From an archaeon GW2011_AR15 (GTDB lineage: Archaea; Nanobdellota; Nanobdellia; Woesearchaeales; GW2011-AR15): 64,000 nucleotides of DNA. The notes under the pieces are model-generated. The model was given only the letters and a program-made list of their open reading frames with translations, made no database searches and had not been told where the DNA came from. The position numbers and the translations under genes are program-made. The DNA is taken from assembly GCA_000830295.1 (NCBI GenBank), contig CP010425.1:294884-358883 (forward strand), read 5' to 3'. Below, one piece after another: positions 28,744-38,435 of this stretch (position 1 is its first letter; each line of letters begins with the position of its first letter).

Positions 28744-29367
28744 ATGGGTGGGGAAGATATTGCAGGCGTGCTGAAGTTTTATTATCATTCCCCGCGCTCA
28801 GAACTGCCTATTCCTGATTTTGCGGGAGATAGGAACGACAAAGGGTCAAAAAAAACAGAGCCGCATTTTCTTCCTGATAATATGGTAGCTGAGAATTTTC
28901 TCAAGACATGCTACCCCAGGAACATAAAAGCAGTAATTGACATGGATCTGCCATATCTCTTCTGGGTGACAAGGAAACAGGAGGAAAACTCAAAAATCAA
29001 GAATTCACAGGTTGTGATAGGCTATCTGGAAGTCGCCTCCCACGAGATGAGAGAGGATACTGTCTCCGGAACTGAACTTACCGGAAAACCGCATCACACC
29101 ATATACGGAAAAGGACACCTCTATGCTTTTGACAACGCAATAGAAACAAGGGAAATATTCGGGAAGGTGTTGACAAGGGTTGATTTCACTCACAGGTTCC
29201 ATGTGAGCCATGCGCAGGCAGAGAGGATGCTGGACCATTTCTCAGAGCTTGATGATATTGTGCATCAATGCGCAGATGAAATAGCTAGATTAGATGTGAA
29301 AGGCTACACATGTTTCCCTGAGATATGCCCTGTAAAGCAGGGCTGCGCACTCTATCATAATCTTTAA
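28744..29367 (+). CDS. hypothetical protein (207 aa, His/Cys-containing C-terminus)
   Basis: A clean ORF with the C-terminal stretch HQCADEIARLDVKGYTCFPEICPVKQGC. No family is recognised. Confidence 0.4.
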   Translation: MGGEDIAGVLKFYYHSPRSELPIPDFAGDRNDKGSKKTEPHFLPDNMVAENFLKTCYPRNIKAVIDMDLPYLFWVTRKQEENSKIKNSQVVIGYLEVASHEMREDTVSGTELTGKPHHTIYGKGHLYAFDNAIETREIFGKVLTRVDFTHRFHVSHAQAERMLDHFSELDDIVHQCADEIARLDVKGYTCFPEICPVKQGCALYHNL

Positions 29368-29421
29368 TCTAGTATTTTCACAACAGTAATTTTTTTAAAT
29401 CAGTGTGAATTACAAAAAAGA

Positions 29422-29757
29422 ATGCTTTTTGCAACCCTGGGGAAACTTGACCTTATAACCGTACTCATACTCTTAGGGGCTGCTATACTCCCGTCAAAGC
29501 TGCTGATGTATGCTGCTCTCTATCTTATTGTGAAGGGCGGGCTGTTCGTACTGATGAACAGGGACCTTGCAAGCTATGGCGACCTTTTCTCGGGAATCTA
29601 CATTCTTGTCCTTTCATTCGGCATAAAAATACCCTATCTTCACCAGATCGTCTTCTTCTGGCTGCTCCAGAAAACCATTCTGACATTCATAGGAATCGGC
29701 CTGAAGCTGTTCCTGTTCTATCAGGAAAGCAAAGACGGGCTTCCTTTTTCAAGATAG
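29422..29757 (+). CDS. small integral membrane protein (about 3 TM helices)
   Basis: The profile is hydrophobic throughout, and the gene sits upstream of glucokinase. Confidence 0.35.
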   Translation: MLFATLGKLDLITVLILLGAAILPSKLLMYAALYLIVKGGLFVLMNRDLASYGDLFSGIYILVLSFGIKIPYLHQIVFFWLLQKTILTFIGIGLKLFLFYQESKDGLPFSR

Positions 29758-29793
29758 ATAAATTATTTATAGGACCGGTCCTTTAAAATTTTA

Positions 29794-30744
29794 ATGGAAG
29801 TTCTTGCTCTTGATATAGGAGGCACAAATGCCAGGATAGGGCTGCTGGAAGCCAAAGGCAAAAAAATATCATTAAAGGAGAAAAGGATATTCTCCACAAA
29901 GAATGTCTATAATATCCCTAAACTGATAAACGGATTCGGGAAGAATGCAGAAAGAGCATGCTTTGCAGTTGCCGGCCCTATAGCAGGAAAAAAGGCAAAG
30001 CTGACAAATGCAGACCTGACTATTGACATATCAAAAGTAAAAAAAGAAACAAGGCTGAAGCATGTCGCTCTTGTAAATGATTTCCATGCAAATGCTGCTG
30101 CACTGCCCTTCCTGAGAAAATCAGACATTTTTGCACTGAACAAGGGCTCTGCAAAAGACGGGATAAAGATGGTAATTGGGGCAGGGACCGGGCTGGGCAA
30201 GTCATATGTTATTGACGGGAAAATATTCCCAAGCGAAGGAGGCCACACCATTGTCGGAGTAGAGGATATTGATGAATACGCCCTTGTTGACTATATCAAG
30301 AAGAAGATAAAAGGCACTGTCTGCTATGAAGATGTTCTATCTGGCCGGGGCATATCAGCGATATATGAGTATCTTGAGATAAAATCCAACCTTACAATGA
30401 ACGGCAGGATGCACAGGCTGATACAGGAAGCAAAGTACAAGCCGGAGATAATAACAGAGAACTACAAAAAGGACAAACTGTCGGGCCTGGCAGTCCGGCT
30501 GTTTGTGAAATTCTATGCCAGGTTTGCCAGGGACTCCGCCCTTAATACGCTTTGCTCTGAGATATACCTTGCCGGCGGAATAGCAAAAGCCATAAAGGAC
30601 CCTATGAAGGAGGGATTCATGAAAGAGTTCCTGAATCACAGGCATTACAGCAGCCTATTGAAGAAAATGAAAGTGGCCCTAGTCATGAACCCTGATATCG
30701 GGCTCATCGGCGCAGGAGCAATAGCTGCCGGCTTACAGAAGTAA
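29794..30744 (+). CDS. glk: glucokinase (bacterial Glk family)
   Basis: The N-terminal ALDIGGTNARIGL phosphate-1 motif and overall Glk-family architecture are present. Confidence 0.7.
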   Translation: MEVLALDIGGTNARIGLLEAKGKKISLKEKRIFSTKNVYNIPKLINGFGKNAERACFAVAGPIAGKKAKLTNADLTIDISKVKKETRLKHVALVNDFHANAAALPFLRKSDIFALNKGSAKDGIKMVIGAGTGLGKSYVIDGKIFPSEGGHTIVGVEDIDEYALVDYIKKKIKGTVCYEDVLSGRGISAIYEYLEIKSNLTMNGRMHRLIQEAKYKPEIITENYKKDKLSGLAVRLFVKFYARFARDSALNTLCSEIYLAGGIAKAIKDPMKEGFMKEFLNHRHYSSLLKKMKVALVMNPDIGLIGAGAIAAGLQK

Positions 30745-31647
30745 TACTATGCCGTAGCCTATAAAACAGCCTATGCTTATGAAGGGCATTGCAGGATAGA
30801 ATTTCCCCTTCTCGCTTTTTATGAACAGCAAAAACAGCGCTGCGCCTGCAAACAGTGATATGGGCAGGGTCCTGAAGAATGCCATCTCTTTTGAGATTCC
30901 TGCCTCAATAAGGAAAGTCATGACGCTTCCTGCAAATATCATGGGGAATGCGACGTCTCCCCCGCCAAGTATAGCTGAAGTTGTCTTTCCTCCCTTGATG
31001 TTTTTTGAAATTTTTATCTTAACTTCTGCTTTCTTTGTCTTTGTTTCGCTCTTATACGGGATCATAAGCCCTGCAAACATCTCATTATCCGACTGGGCCT
31101 CTGCCAAAGTTATCATATGCTTGCTTTTCCATACTGCTATCATATCATAGATGGATATCGCAATCAGGAGCATTGCCGCCCAGAACAGGTTGAACATAGG
31201 GGAGATTATTATCGCTATTCCCGGATATATAAGAACCTCTGTCATGTTGTGTATGACTGCGTTCGGTTTGTAAATCTTGATATATGCAAGGACAAATGAA
31301 ATTATTGCAGACAGCATGTCATCAAGGAATACTGAAAATGAGATTGACAGGGCCCCCCATATTGCAAGGAAAAACCACAGCTTCCACAGCCTGAAAAGCC
31401 TGAGCTTTATTATAACAAGAAGTATCGCAGTTCCTACAAGCACCATGGCCAGGATATAACTAAAAGATGACTGGCCTTCCAGTTCCGGCCTGCCTGTAAT
31501 GGGTTGGCTGTACACCACCTCTATGTCCCCTTCCGGAGTCTGCTCAACTGTCTCTATGCTCTGGTTCAGAAGATAGAGTCCGACTATCTGTGTCGTGAAA
31601 AAAAGAACCATGAGATATGCGATTATCCTAAGATTGTGCTTCATCAT
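30733..31647 (-). CDS. presenilin/signal-peptide-peptidase-like intramembrane aspartyl protease (A22-like)
   Basis: The protein is polytopic with a YD motif (SIYDMIAV) and a GxGD motif (ILGGGDVAFP) about 57 residues apart, in the second half of the protein. A PAL-like PIS follows. Confidence 0.55.
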   Translation of the reverse strand: MMKHNLRIIAYLMVLFFTTQIVGLYLLNQSIETVEQTPEGDIEVVYSQPITGRPELEGQSSFSYILAMVLVGTAILLVIIKLRLFRLWKLWFFLAIWGALSISFSVFLDDMLSAIISFVLAYIKIYKPNAVIHNMTEVLIYPGIAIIISPMFNLFWAAMLLIAISIYDMIAVWKSKHMITLAEAQSDNEMFAGLMIPYKSETKTKKAEVKIKISKNIKGGKTTSAILGGGDVAFPMIFAGSVMTFLIEAGISKEMAFFRTLPISLFAGAALFLLFIKSEKGKFYPAMPFISIGCFIGYGIVLLL

Positions 31648-31723
31648 CCCTTAACTGTGGCCCATTATTAAAAACTCTTTGTTTTCATAATATTTTAATA
31701 GTCCAGACAAAATAACAGGGTAT

Positions 31724-32980
31724 ATGAGGGTACTTCATGTGGTTGACGGCACCTTCCTTCCAAAGATGGATGGCGTTGTCGTATCTCTGCTCAACAATGC
31801 AAATTATATGGCGGGCAAAGGCCATGCCGTTGCCATCGCCGCCCCCGAATACAAAGGGTATAGGGATAAGAAGCAGAAAAACATAACAGTGCATAGGTTC
31901 AGTGCCTTCTCTTTCCCTTCATACCCTGAAATGAGAGTTCCCCATCTTAACCTGGCAGCCTTCAGGAAGCTGGTCCTTGACTTTAAGCCGGATATAATGC
32001 ATACGCATGCCCCCGGAACACTTGGAATACTCGCCCTTCTGCTTGGAAAACGCTACAATATCCCTGTCGTGACAACATACCACACTTCCTTCCCTGACGT
32101 GCTGATGTATCTCAGCCCGTCAAAACTGCTGAAACTTGATGAGTTTGCCGAAAGGCTGTCAGAAAAAGGCCAGACAGAGAGCCTCGAGAGCATCCAGCAG
32201 GCACTTCATGATATCCTGGCCAGACTGAAAAACAGTGATGCAGAAGAGAGACGGAGGGAATTTTCAAGAAGCGCTGTGCTTTCGCTGACAAATGTATTCT
32301 ACAATAAGCACGAGGTGGTGATTTCCCCTTCAGAAGGCATCAGGAAAGATCTCAAGAGGCACCATCTTAAATCTAAAGTTGTTGTCATATCAAATGGCAT
32401 AGAGATAGACAAGTTCAGGAAAAAGGGGAAATACAGAAAATTTCCTAAGTTCCTGCATGTCGGAAGGATTGCCTTTGAAAAAAAGATAGATATTATACTG
32501 GAGGCGCTGGCAATTGTCTGCAGAAGATATCCTAAGGCTCAGCTGACCATTGTAGGAAAGGGGCCTGCGCTAGGGCGTCTTAAAAGGCTCTCAAGGAAGC
32601 TCAGGCTCACCAGGAATGTAAAGTTTGCCGGCTTTGTAAAGAGAGACATGCTTCCGCGAATATACAGGAGCCATGATGTCTTTGTGACTGCCTCTGAGAT
32701 GGAAACTCAGGGTATTGTGCTGCTTGAGGCAATTGCTTCAGGCTTACCTGTTATAGGGGTAAATGTGCTGGCAATCCCCGATGTTGTCCACAATAAAAAA
32801 ACCGGCTTTCTTGTGAAAAGGAGAGATTATAAAGGGATGGCAAAAGGCATGTTAAGGCTTATTGAGAATCCTGAACTGATTTCTAAATACGGAAAAAATG
32901 CCAGGGCTGAGGCAGAAAAGCATAATCTTGCCGAATCCTGCAGGAAGATGGAAAGGCTATACGAAGAAATTATACACTAG
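31724..32980 (+). CDS. glycosyltransferase family 4 (GT-B fold)
   Basis: It has an N-terminal Glyco_trans_4-like domain and a C-terminal GT1 motif, E..LLEAIASGLPVIGVNV...GFLV. Confidence 0.8.
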   Translation: MRVLHVVDGTFLPKMDGVVVSLLNNANYMAGKGHAVAIAAPEYKGYRDKKQKNITVHRFSAFSFPSYPEMRVPHLNLAAFRKLVLDFKPDIMHTHAPGTLGILALLLGKRYNIPVVTTYHTSFPDVLMYLSPSKLLKLDEFAERLSEKGQTESLESIQQALHDILARLKNSDAEERRREFSRSAVLSLTNVFYNKHEVVISPSEGIRKDLKRHHLKSKVVVISNGIEIDKFRKKGKYRKFPKFLHVGRIAFEKKIDIILEALAIVCRRYPKAQLTIVGKGPALGRLKRLSRKLRLTRNVKFAGFVKRDMLPRIYRSHDVFVTASEMETQGIVLLEAIASGLPVIGVNVLAIPDVVHNKKTGFLVKRRDYKGMAKGMLRLIENPELISKYGKNARAEAEKHNLAESCRKMERLYEEIIH

Positions 32981-33812
32981 TTTTTTTTCTTTTGAAGAAA
33001 CTCATCATGGCAAACAGTGCCCTCATTCCGTAGAATACCCCTTTTTTCAGCTTGTTGCGGTCTTCCCCGAACCCGAAATTCTCCACCGGCCTTGAATAGT
33101 CATATCTTCCGGCATTATGCACGATAGGGATTTTTTCACCATCCTTGAAATAAAATACGCCCTTTTCAATGCGGAATTCCCTTGACGAAGTTGTTATGAC
33201 AAAATTGTATTTTCTGTCAAGCTTTACAAAGCCGTCCCTGTAGAGTATGTAGTTTATGGCAAGCTGGTCCGGTCCGAACTTGTCCATGCCCTTTATCATT
33301 TTTATTGTCTCTTCTGAAAGGCTGGCAAATTTTTTTGCAGGACCCAGCACGACCCCCACGTTTACCATCTGCGTCCCTTCAAGCATCTTCTTTATTTTCT
33401 TCTCATCTTCCTCGAAGAAAGCGTCTTTCATGAAAAGGTCTTCAAAAACATGCTGGATATCCTCGCATGCCGCCCTCATCTGGTCCTTGTTCTCCTCAAA
33501 AAGAGGGCTTATGTCTGTCTGGAATATCAGGTCACCACCATCTGTTATCATCACCTGGTCATATTCCTTTTCTTTCAGGAAGCTTGCTGCATCCCTGAAC
33601 CTTATATTGTTGACGAGGTTGTCTTTCACGCATTTGTAGACTATGACTCCTTTCTTTTTGAGTTCTTCAACCTGCTCTTCACTAAGCCCGTAGTCGAATA
33701 TGGCGACATCTATATTGCTCAGATTGACATTTGCCTGGAGCGATTTCAGCCAGTGGTTGTAGACAAAATCCTCGAATCTCGCATCAGAAGTGGTTATTAT
33801 AACATGCTTCAT
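32970..33812 (-). CDS. putative nucleotide-diphospho-sugar transferase-like protein (GT-A-like)
   Basis: A DxD-like ITDGGDLIFQTD motif follows an N-terminal Rossmann-like beta-alpha start (HVIITTSD). The assignment is weak. Confidence 0.3.
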   Translation of the reverse strand: MKHVIITTSDARFEDFVYNHWLKSLQANVNLSNIDVAIFDYGLSEEQVEELKKKGVIVYKCVKDNLVNNIRFRDAASFLKEKEYDQVMITDGGDLIFQTDISPLFEENKDQMRAACEDIQHVFEDLFMKDAFFEEDEKKIKKMLEGTQMVNVGVVLGPAKKFASLSEETIKMIKGMDKFGPDQLAINYILYRDGFVKLDRKYNFVITTSSREFRIEKGVFYFKDGEKIPIVHNAGRYDYSRPVENFGFGEDRNKLKKGVFYGMRALFAMMSFFKRKKTSV

Positions 33813-33890
33813 TGGCCTATTGGTTCATATATTAGTATAAAAAACTTATGCTAAAAAAATTTATATAGACAGCCTGCAGATTATATTGGC

Positions 33891-34817
33891 ATGGATGAAT
33901 TAAGGAAGGATTATTTTCTTGACAGGTATGTCCTTATCTCTCCCGTGAGGTCAAAAAGGCCCCATCTTGTAAGGCATGAGAAAAAGAAAAAAGATTCAAG
34001 GTGCAGCTTCTGCATAGGGAACGAGGGAAAAACGCCGCAGGAGCTCTACAGGTATCCTCACACCAAGGAATGGCAGCTGAGGGTTTTCTATAACAAGTAT
34101 CCTGTTGTCACGCCAGGCAAGAATCCTGAAATGAAAAGAAAAGGCTCACTGGTATCTTCAGGCTCTTTCGGATATCATGAAGTTATAGTTGATACTCCCG
34201 GGCATGACGAAGAATTGTGGGATCTGCCTATAGAAAGGATTGCCGATGTCTTAAGGGTGTATAATGAAAGGATAGAAGCCAACATGAAAAAAAGAGGGAT
34301 AAAATATGTATCGCTGTTCAAGAACCACGGCGGGCTTGCCGGAGCATCGCTGCACCACAGCCATTCCCAGCTTGTTGCCTACAGCCAGATCCCGGAGATT
34401 ATAAAAGAAAAAGAGAAGGCTATTGCAAGTCGTGATAATCCGTATGGGCATCTCATTAAGGGTGAGATGGATTCCAGCAGGAGATGCTTTGAGAACATCC
34501 ATTTTGCCGCTTTCTGCCCTTTTGCCTCAAGATTCCCCTATGAGATAGTCGTATTCCCGAAAAGGCATATCCTGAATGCAACTGAACTTACAGAGGATGA
34601 GATAATCTCGCTCGCAGAAATCATGAGAATCATTTTGCTGAAACTGAGGGTGGTTGGGGAAAACTACAATTTCTATTTCCAGAACGGCATAAAAAACATG
34701 AGGTTCCATATAGAAATGATGCAGAGGAAAGGGACTCTTGCAGGATTTGAGCTGGCGACAGACTGCCTCATAAACACGGTCAGGCCGGAAGATGCTGCCA
34801 AGTTTTACAGGGAATAA
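33891..34817 (+). CDS. galT: galactose-1-phosphate uridylyltransferase-like nucleotidyltransferase (GalT/HIT family)
   Basis: The zinc motif CSFCIGNE (CxxC) and the HIT-like active site SLHHSHSQ (HxHxQ) are present. Two half-barrel domains give a typical length of about 300 aa. Confidence 0.7.
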   Translation: MDELRKDYFLDRYVLISPVRSKRPHLVRHEKKKKDSRCSFCIGNEGKTPQELYRYPHTKEWQLRVFYNKYPVVTPGKNPEMKRKGSLVSSGSFGYHEVIVDTPGHDEELWDLPIERIADVLRVYNERIEANMKKRGIKYVSLFKNHGGLAGASLHHSHSQLVAYSQIPEIIKEKEKAIASRDNPYGHLIKGEMDSSRRCFENIHFAAFCPFASRFPYEIVVFPKRHILNATELTEDEIISLAEIMRIILLKLRVVGENYNFYFQNGIKNMRFHIEMMQRKGTLAGFELATDCLINTVRPEDAAKFYRE

Positions 34818-34847
34818 TTATTTTATTACCCTTTAATTCCACAGAAA

Positions 34848-35306
34848 ATGAAATACGCTCACAACATCGAGATGCGGGTTTTTTCTAAAGAGGGTGAGGA
34901 TGACGAGGAAAAGATAATTGGAAAAGTGCATGAACTCTTCCCTTTTGATTTTGAAAAAGAGAAGGTTGAATTTAAGTCAAAAATATCTTATGGTTTTGAG
35001 GACAACAAGATAAAAGTTATCACTGTTTTCGTGAAAAAAGAAAGGCACACAAAGAAAGTGCTGAAGAACCTCATGTCCCGGCTTAGTGAAGATCAGAAAG
35101 AGATGCTATTGCGGCAGATGGATAGCAGGCTGGACAATGGACTGCATTTCTACATGAGGCTGGATAAAGAGAAACTGCTGAACGGAGAATACCGGATAAC
35201 AGACTCGGGGAACTGCTTCTGGCTCAAGATATGCATTGCTGCTTACCCGCATAAAAGGGAAACTGCAGAGAAAATTGTGAGAGCGATGCTGAAGCACCAA
35301 AGTTAA
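34848..35306 (+). CDS. hypothetical protein, possibly a COG1931/DUF54-like RNA-binding protein
   Basis: A 152-aa charged protein. The family call rests on a vague resemblance only. Confidence 0.35.
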   Translation: MKYAHNIEMRVFSKEGEDDEEKIIGKVHELFPFDFEKEKVEFKSKISYGFEDNKIKVITVFVKKERHTKKVLKNLMSRLSEDQKEMLLRQMDSRLDNGLHFYMRLDKEKLLNGEYRITDSGNCFWLKICIAAYPHKRETAEKIVRAMLKHQS

Positions 35307-35396
35307 TGGTATGCCCTCCGGATATAAAAACATTTTGCAGACAGGATTTCCTTTCATGAATATATTTTTATATAACTTTATATTAACTAATTAGGG

Positions 35397-36002
35397 GTGG
35401 TCAAAATGGGAAGCTTTGACCAGCTTGCAGATACATTAGAACATAGGAAAGCATATTATGGGGAGGACCAGCTTGCGCTGGTAGACCGCATCATAGCGAC
35501 AACCCAGAATCATTTCAGCAGGATAAAAGACAGTGAAGAGCCGTCTTATATGGCTGCAAACCTGTATGCAGTAATGGCCCACGTCTACCTTGTTCTTGAA
35601 GGGCTGTCAGGGATAAAAACAGAATTCTCGCAATCCGTCCATCCGAGGCTGGAAAAGCTGGAAGGCCTGCTTGGGCAGTATGTGCAGGATGAAAAAAGAT
35701 ATAGAGAGATTTCCGGAGAAGGGCTGGACTTTACTCCTGTAGAAGACCTTGGGTCTGTGCATGTCCCGCACTGGAAAGGCTACAAGGGGCTGGAGGATGA
35801 AAAAAAGGCTTTTGCGGAATATTTCTCTGATGTTTCATCCAGGGTATCATCTCTTATGAAAGAACATACATGCATAGGGGAATACCTTAGCCAGAGGAAA
35901 GAGAAGCTCTGGAATATCGGCTATGTTATGAACAGGCTAAAAGGATTTAAAACCGATGGCCAGAAGGCCGTGCGGAGACTCGAAACAGCGCTGCAGCGCT
36001 GA
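35397..36002 (+). CDS. hypothetical protein (201 aa)
   Basis: A clean ORF with no recognisable motif. Confidence 0.4.
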   Translation: MVKMGSFDQLADTLEHRKAYYGEDQLALVDRIIATTQNHFSRIKDSEEPSYMAANLYAVMAHVYLVLEGLSGIKTEFSQSVHPRLEKLEGLLGQYVQDEKRYREISGEGLDFTPVEDLGSVHVPHWKGYKGLEDEKKAFAEYFSDVSSRVSSLMKEHTCIGEYLSQRKEKLWNIGYVMNRLKGFKTDGQKAVRRLETALQR

Positions 36003-36407
36003 TTTTCTTTTTATTTTTTCAGATATATTTATTAATAATAAGTTTATACCTTGCATTATGAGCGCTGGTGATTCACGCTGGACTTTGTAATTTCTTGCTT
36101 AGGTTAACCTGTAATAAAGATCTGCTGTTCGGATGCTGGCGATATTGTAAAATGTATTCTGAAAAATTTAGTTGTTTTATTAAGGGGCTTCCCCTTAAAA
36201 TCCCCTTTCAATTTAGCTTCAGCTAGGATATATTCTGTAACATATATTTCGGAAACTATATAAATAAGTTATACTTTCCCTTTCCGCATGAGAAACACAA
36301 AAGGCGGTTCACGTTGGCGTTCTTTCAATTAAGTTAGATAATATTACATTAAATTTTTCTGCGGGCTCTTGGTGGCAGCCCTGAGTTCATTGTTTTAAAC
36401 CAGATAC

Positions 36408-36478
36408 GGGGCTGTAGTTTAACGGGAAAATTCTTGGCTCCAGACCAAAAGATTCAGGTTCGACTCCTGATAGCCCCA
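36408..36478 (+). tRNA. tRNA-Trp (anticodon CCA), intronless, CCA not encoded
   Basis: I folded it by hand. Acceptor stem 36408-36414 pairs with 36471-36477 and the discriminator is A36478. The D stem GTTT/AAAT has a GG-containing loop. The anticodon stem is 4 bp plus a 27-43 mismatch, with loop CTCCAGA (U33, CCA, G37). The T arm is TCAGG-TTCGACT-CCTGA. Confidence 0.55.
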
Positions 36479-36500
36479 TCAAAAACCTTAGGAGGCAAAA

Positions 36501-37181
36501 ATGAAAAAACAAAATGAACCTGAAAACGAAGATGAGATATTAAGAAGGCTTGGCCTGGATCCTGTAAAAGATTACCAGCTGATACATGACACTCTGAGCC
36601 TGTATTATGCAAAGCCAAGGCCTGAAAAAATTAGGATTATAGAGTTCCGGCCAAGTGACTTAACAGACAGGATGAAACAGGGCATCATCGATATAGGACT
36701 GGTGGCGTTCGGCCCCGGCATGACTCCTGAAGAAATTATAGAACATGTTATGCCAACTGACAGAGTCTATATGGGATTCAAAGGAACAAGGGCAATTGGA
36801 TTTGCAACTGCCAATATTCAGGAAAACGCCGTTGATTTTGTCGGCGCTGCTGTTGAACCCCAATACCAGGGGGATGGCCTTTACAATGAGTTTGTGATGA
36901 GGCGCGTCAGCCTCGCATTCGAGCATGGCAAAAACACAGTAAAGCTGAGGACTCAGAACCCTGTTGTCTATCTCGGTGTGACAAGGTCTCTTGACAATCT
37001 TGCGGAAATAGGCGCAATAAATAGCTACACAGAGAAAAGGGAGCATGTGAAAGGGATGTATGGCAGGATGCTGACTGAAAAAAGGCCTCTTTCAAACATC
37101 GGGGAGATTAACCGTATCTTTGATGTTCTGGATTATGAGAAAGGAGATACGTTCTCTTTGGAATTCAGGATGGTGAGATGA
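36501..37181 (+). CDS. hypothetical protein, possibly a GNAT-fold acetyltransferase
   Basis: VEPQYQGDGLYNE resembles GNAT motif A (Q/R-x-x-G-x-G/A). The call is otherwise weak. The ORF starts 23 nt after the tRNA. Confidence 0.35.
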   Translation: MKKQNEPENEDEILRRLGLDPVKDYQLIHDTLSLYYAKPRPEKIRIIEFRPSDLTDRMKQGIIDIGLVAFGPGMTPEEIIEHVMPTDRVYMGFKGTRAIGFATANIQENAVDFVGAAVEPQYQGDGLYNEFVMRRVSLAFEHGKNTVKLRTQNPVVYLGVTRSLDNLAEIGAINSYTEKREHVKGMYGRMLTEKRPLSNIGEINRIFDVLDYEKGDTFSLEFRMVR

Positions 37182-37182
37182 A

Positions 37183-37890
37183 ATGAGGATCTCAAAAACC
37201 GGTTCAGGAAATCCGAAAGTTGCCTTTGTTGCCTGTGTCCATGGAGATGAAAAAATAGGTGAGAAAGCAATAGAAAAGCTGAAGAACATCCGTCTGGCAG
37301 GGGGGACTCTTTTTTTTGTCCTGGCGAATGAGAAAGCAGCGCAGGAAAACAAGAGATTCACTGAATCAGACCTTAACAGGGTGTTTCCGGGCAATCCGGA
37401 GGGAGATCATGAGGAAAAGCTTGCGCATCAACTACTGCATGAGCTAAGGCAAGCGGATGTTGTGATAGATATACATTCAACAGAAGCTGACACAGAGGAT
37501 TTCATAATTCTCACAAAAAAAGAGCAATTCAGAATTGCTGAAAAAGTTCCAATTGAGAAATGTGTATTCATGGAAAAGTCTATTGCCAAAGGAAAGGCAT
37601 TGATTGATCATGTAAATCTCGGGATTTCCATTGAGTTCAATAAAGATAGGGGAGATGTAAGCGGAATCCTGAGACAGATTCTCATCAATCTCGGCATGGT
37701 TAAGGGAAGAAAAAGGATTGCCAGTCAGGTGGGCTACAGTGTCTACGGCATCATTGAAAAAAAAGATTATAGCGGCCTGCTTGTCAATTTCAGGGAAACA
37801 GAAATCAACGGGGAATTGTTTTTTCCCCTTTTTTATGGCTCAAAAAATTATGAAAATGTTGCCTGCCTGAAAGCAAGGAGGGTGAGATGA
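37183..37890 (+). CDS. succinylglutamate desuccinylase/aspartoacylase (AstE/AspA) family zinc hydrolase
   Basis: The N-terminal VAFVACVHGDEKIGE is the family zinc-binding HG(N/D)E motif, and a later ..DIHST.. histidine is present. The 235-aa protein is short for the family. Confidence 0.6.
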   Translation: MRISKTGSGNPKVAFVACVHGDEKIGEKAIEKLKNIRLAGGTLFFVLANEKAAQENKRFTESDLNRVFPGNPEGDHEEKLAHQLLHELRQADVVIDIHSTEADTEDFIILTKKEQFRIAEKVPIEKCVFMEKSIAKGKALIDHVNLGISIEFNKDRGDVSGILRQILINLGMVKGRKRIASQVGYSVYGIIEKKDYSGLLVNFRETEINGELFFPLFYGSKNYENVACLKARRVR

Positions 37891-38435
37891 TTAATGCTTC
37901 ACTGCCTGCTGTAAAAAACCTGGATATGCTCCGGAATATTGTAGCTTCAGGCCTTGGGCTCTTGCTCTCATTTTTCATATTCAGGGAGCATTTTGTAATC
38001 GTGCTTTCCATACTTGTCTCTATCCTTGTGATGCTTCACAAGAGATACATCGGCATTGTGCTGGGGATAGATGTCTGCATGGTGTTTGTTATGCTTTCAG
38101 CTTCAAGATACGGCGCATTTGCAGGCGCAGCTATAGGCGGAATATCATTTCTTGGAGGGATGCTTGCCTCCCTGGAATTCAGCAAAAGCCCGATGGTGAC
38201 TTTCTACGGCACGTTTTTTTATATCATCCTTGGGCTGGCTTATTCCCTGATGCCAACCGGCATAATATATGCCCTGCCTCTGCTTCATATCCTGATAGCA
38301 GGCCTTCTGTTTTCGATTGGCGCTTTTTTTGTCGGTGCCCCTCTCCAGTTCCTGATGAAATATGCAGCAACAAATATAATCACAAATTTATTATTCATAA
38401 GAATATTCGAAAGCTTGCTGAGGCTGATGTTCTGA
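37887..38435 (+). CDS. integral membrane protein (5-6 TM), unknown function
   Basis: The protein is hydrophobic throughout. It overlaps the upstream gene by 4 nt. Confidence 0.4.
   Translation: MINASLPAVKNLDMLRNIVASGLGLLLSFFIFREHFVIVLSILVSILVMLHKRYIGIVLGIDVCMVFVMLSASRYGAFAGAAIGGISFLGGMLASLEFSKSPMVTFYGTFFYIILGLAYSLMPTGIIYALPLLHILIAGLLFSIGAFFVGAPLQFLMKYAATNIITNLLFIRIFESLLRLMF

Noticed and set aside
36182-36196. Perfect hairpin AAGGGGcttCCCCTT in the 500-bp spacer before tRNA-Trp
   Set aside because: It is not followed by an oligo-T tract on either strand and lies 180 nt from the nearest stop. It is noted but not called as a terminator. I found no convincing ORF or RNA family in 36003-36400.
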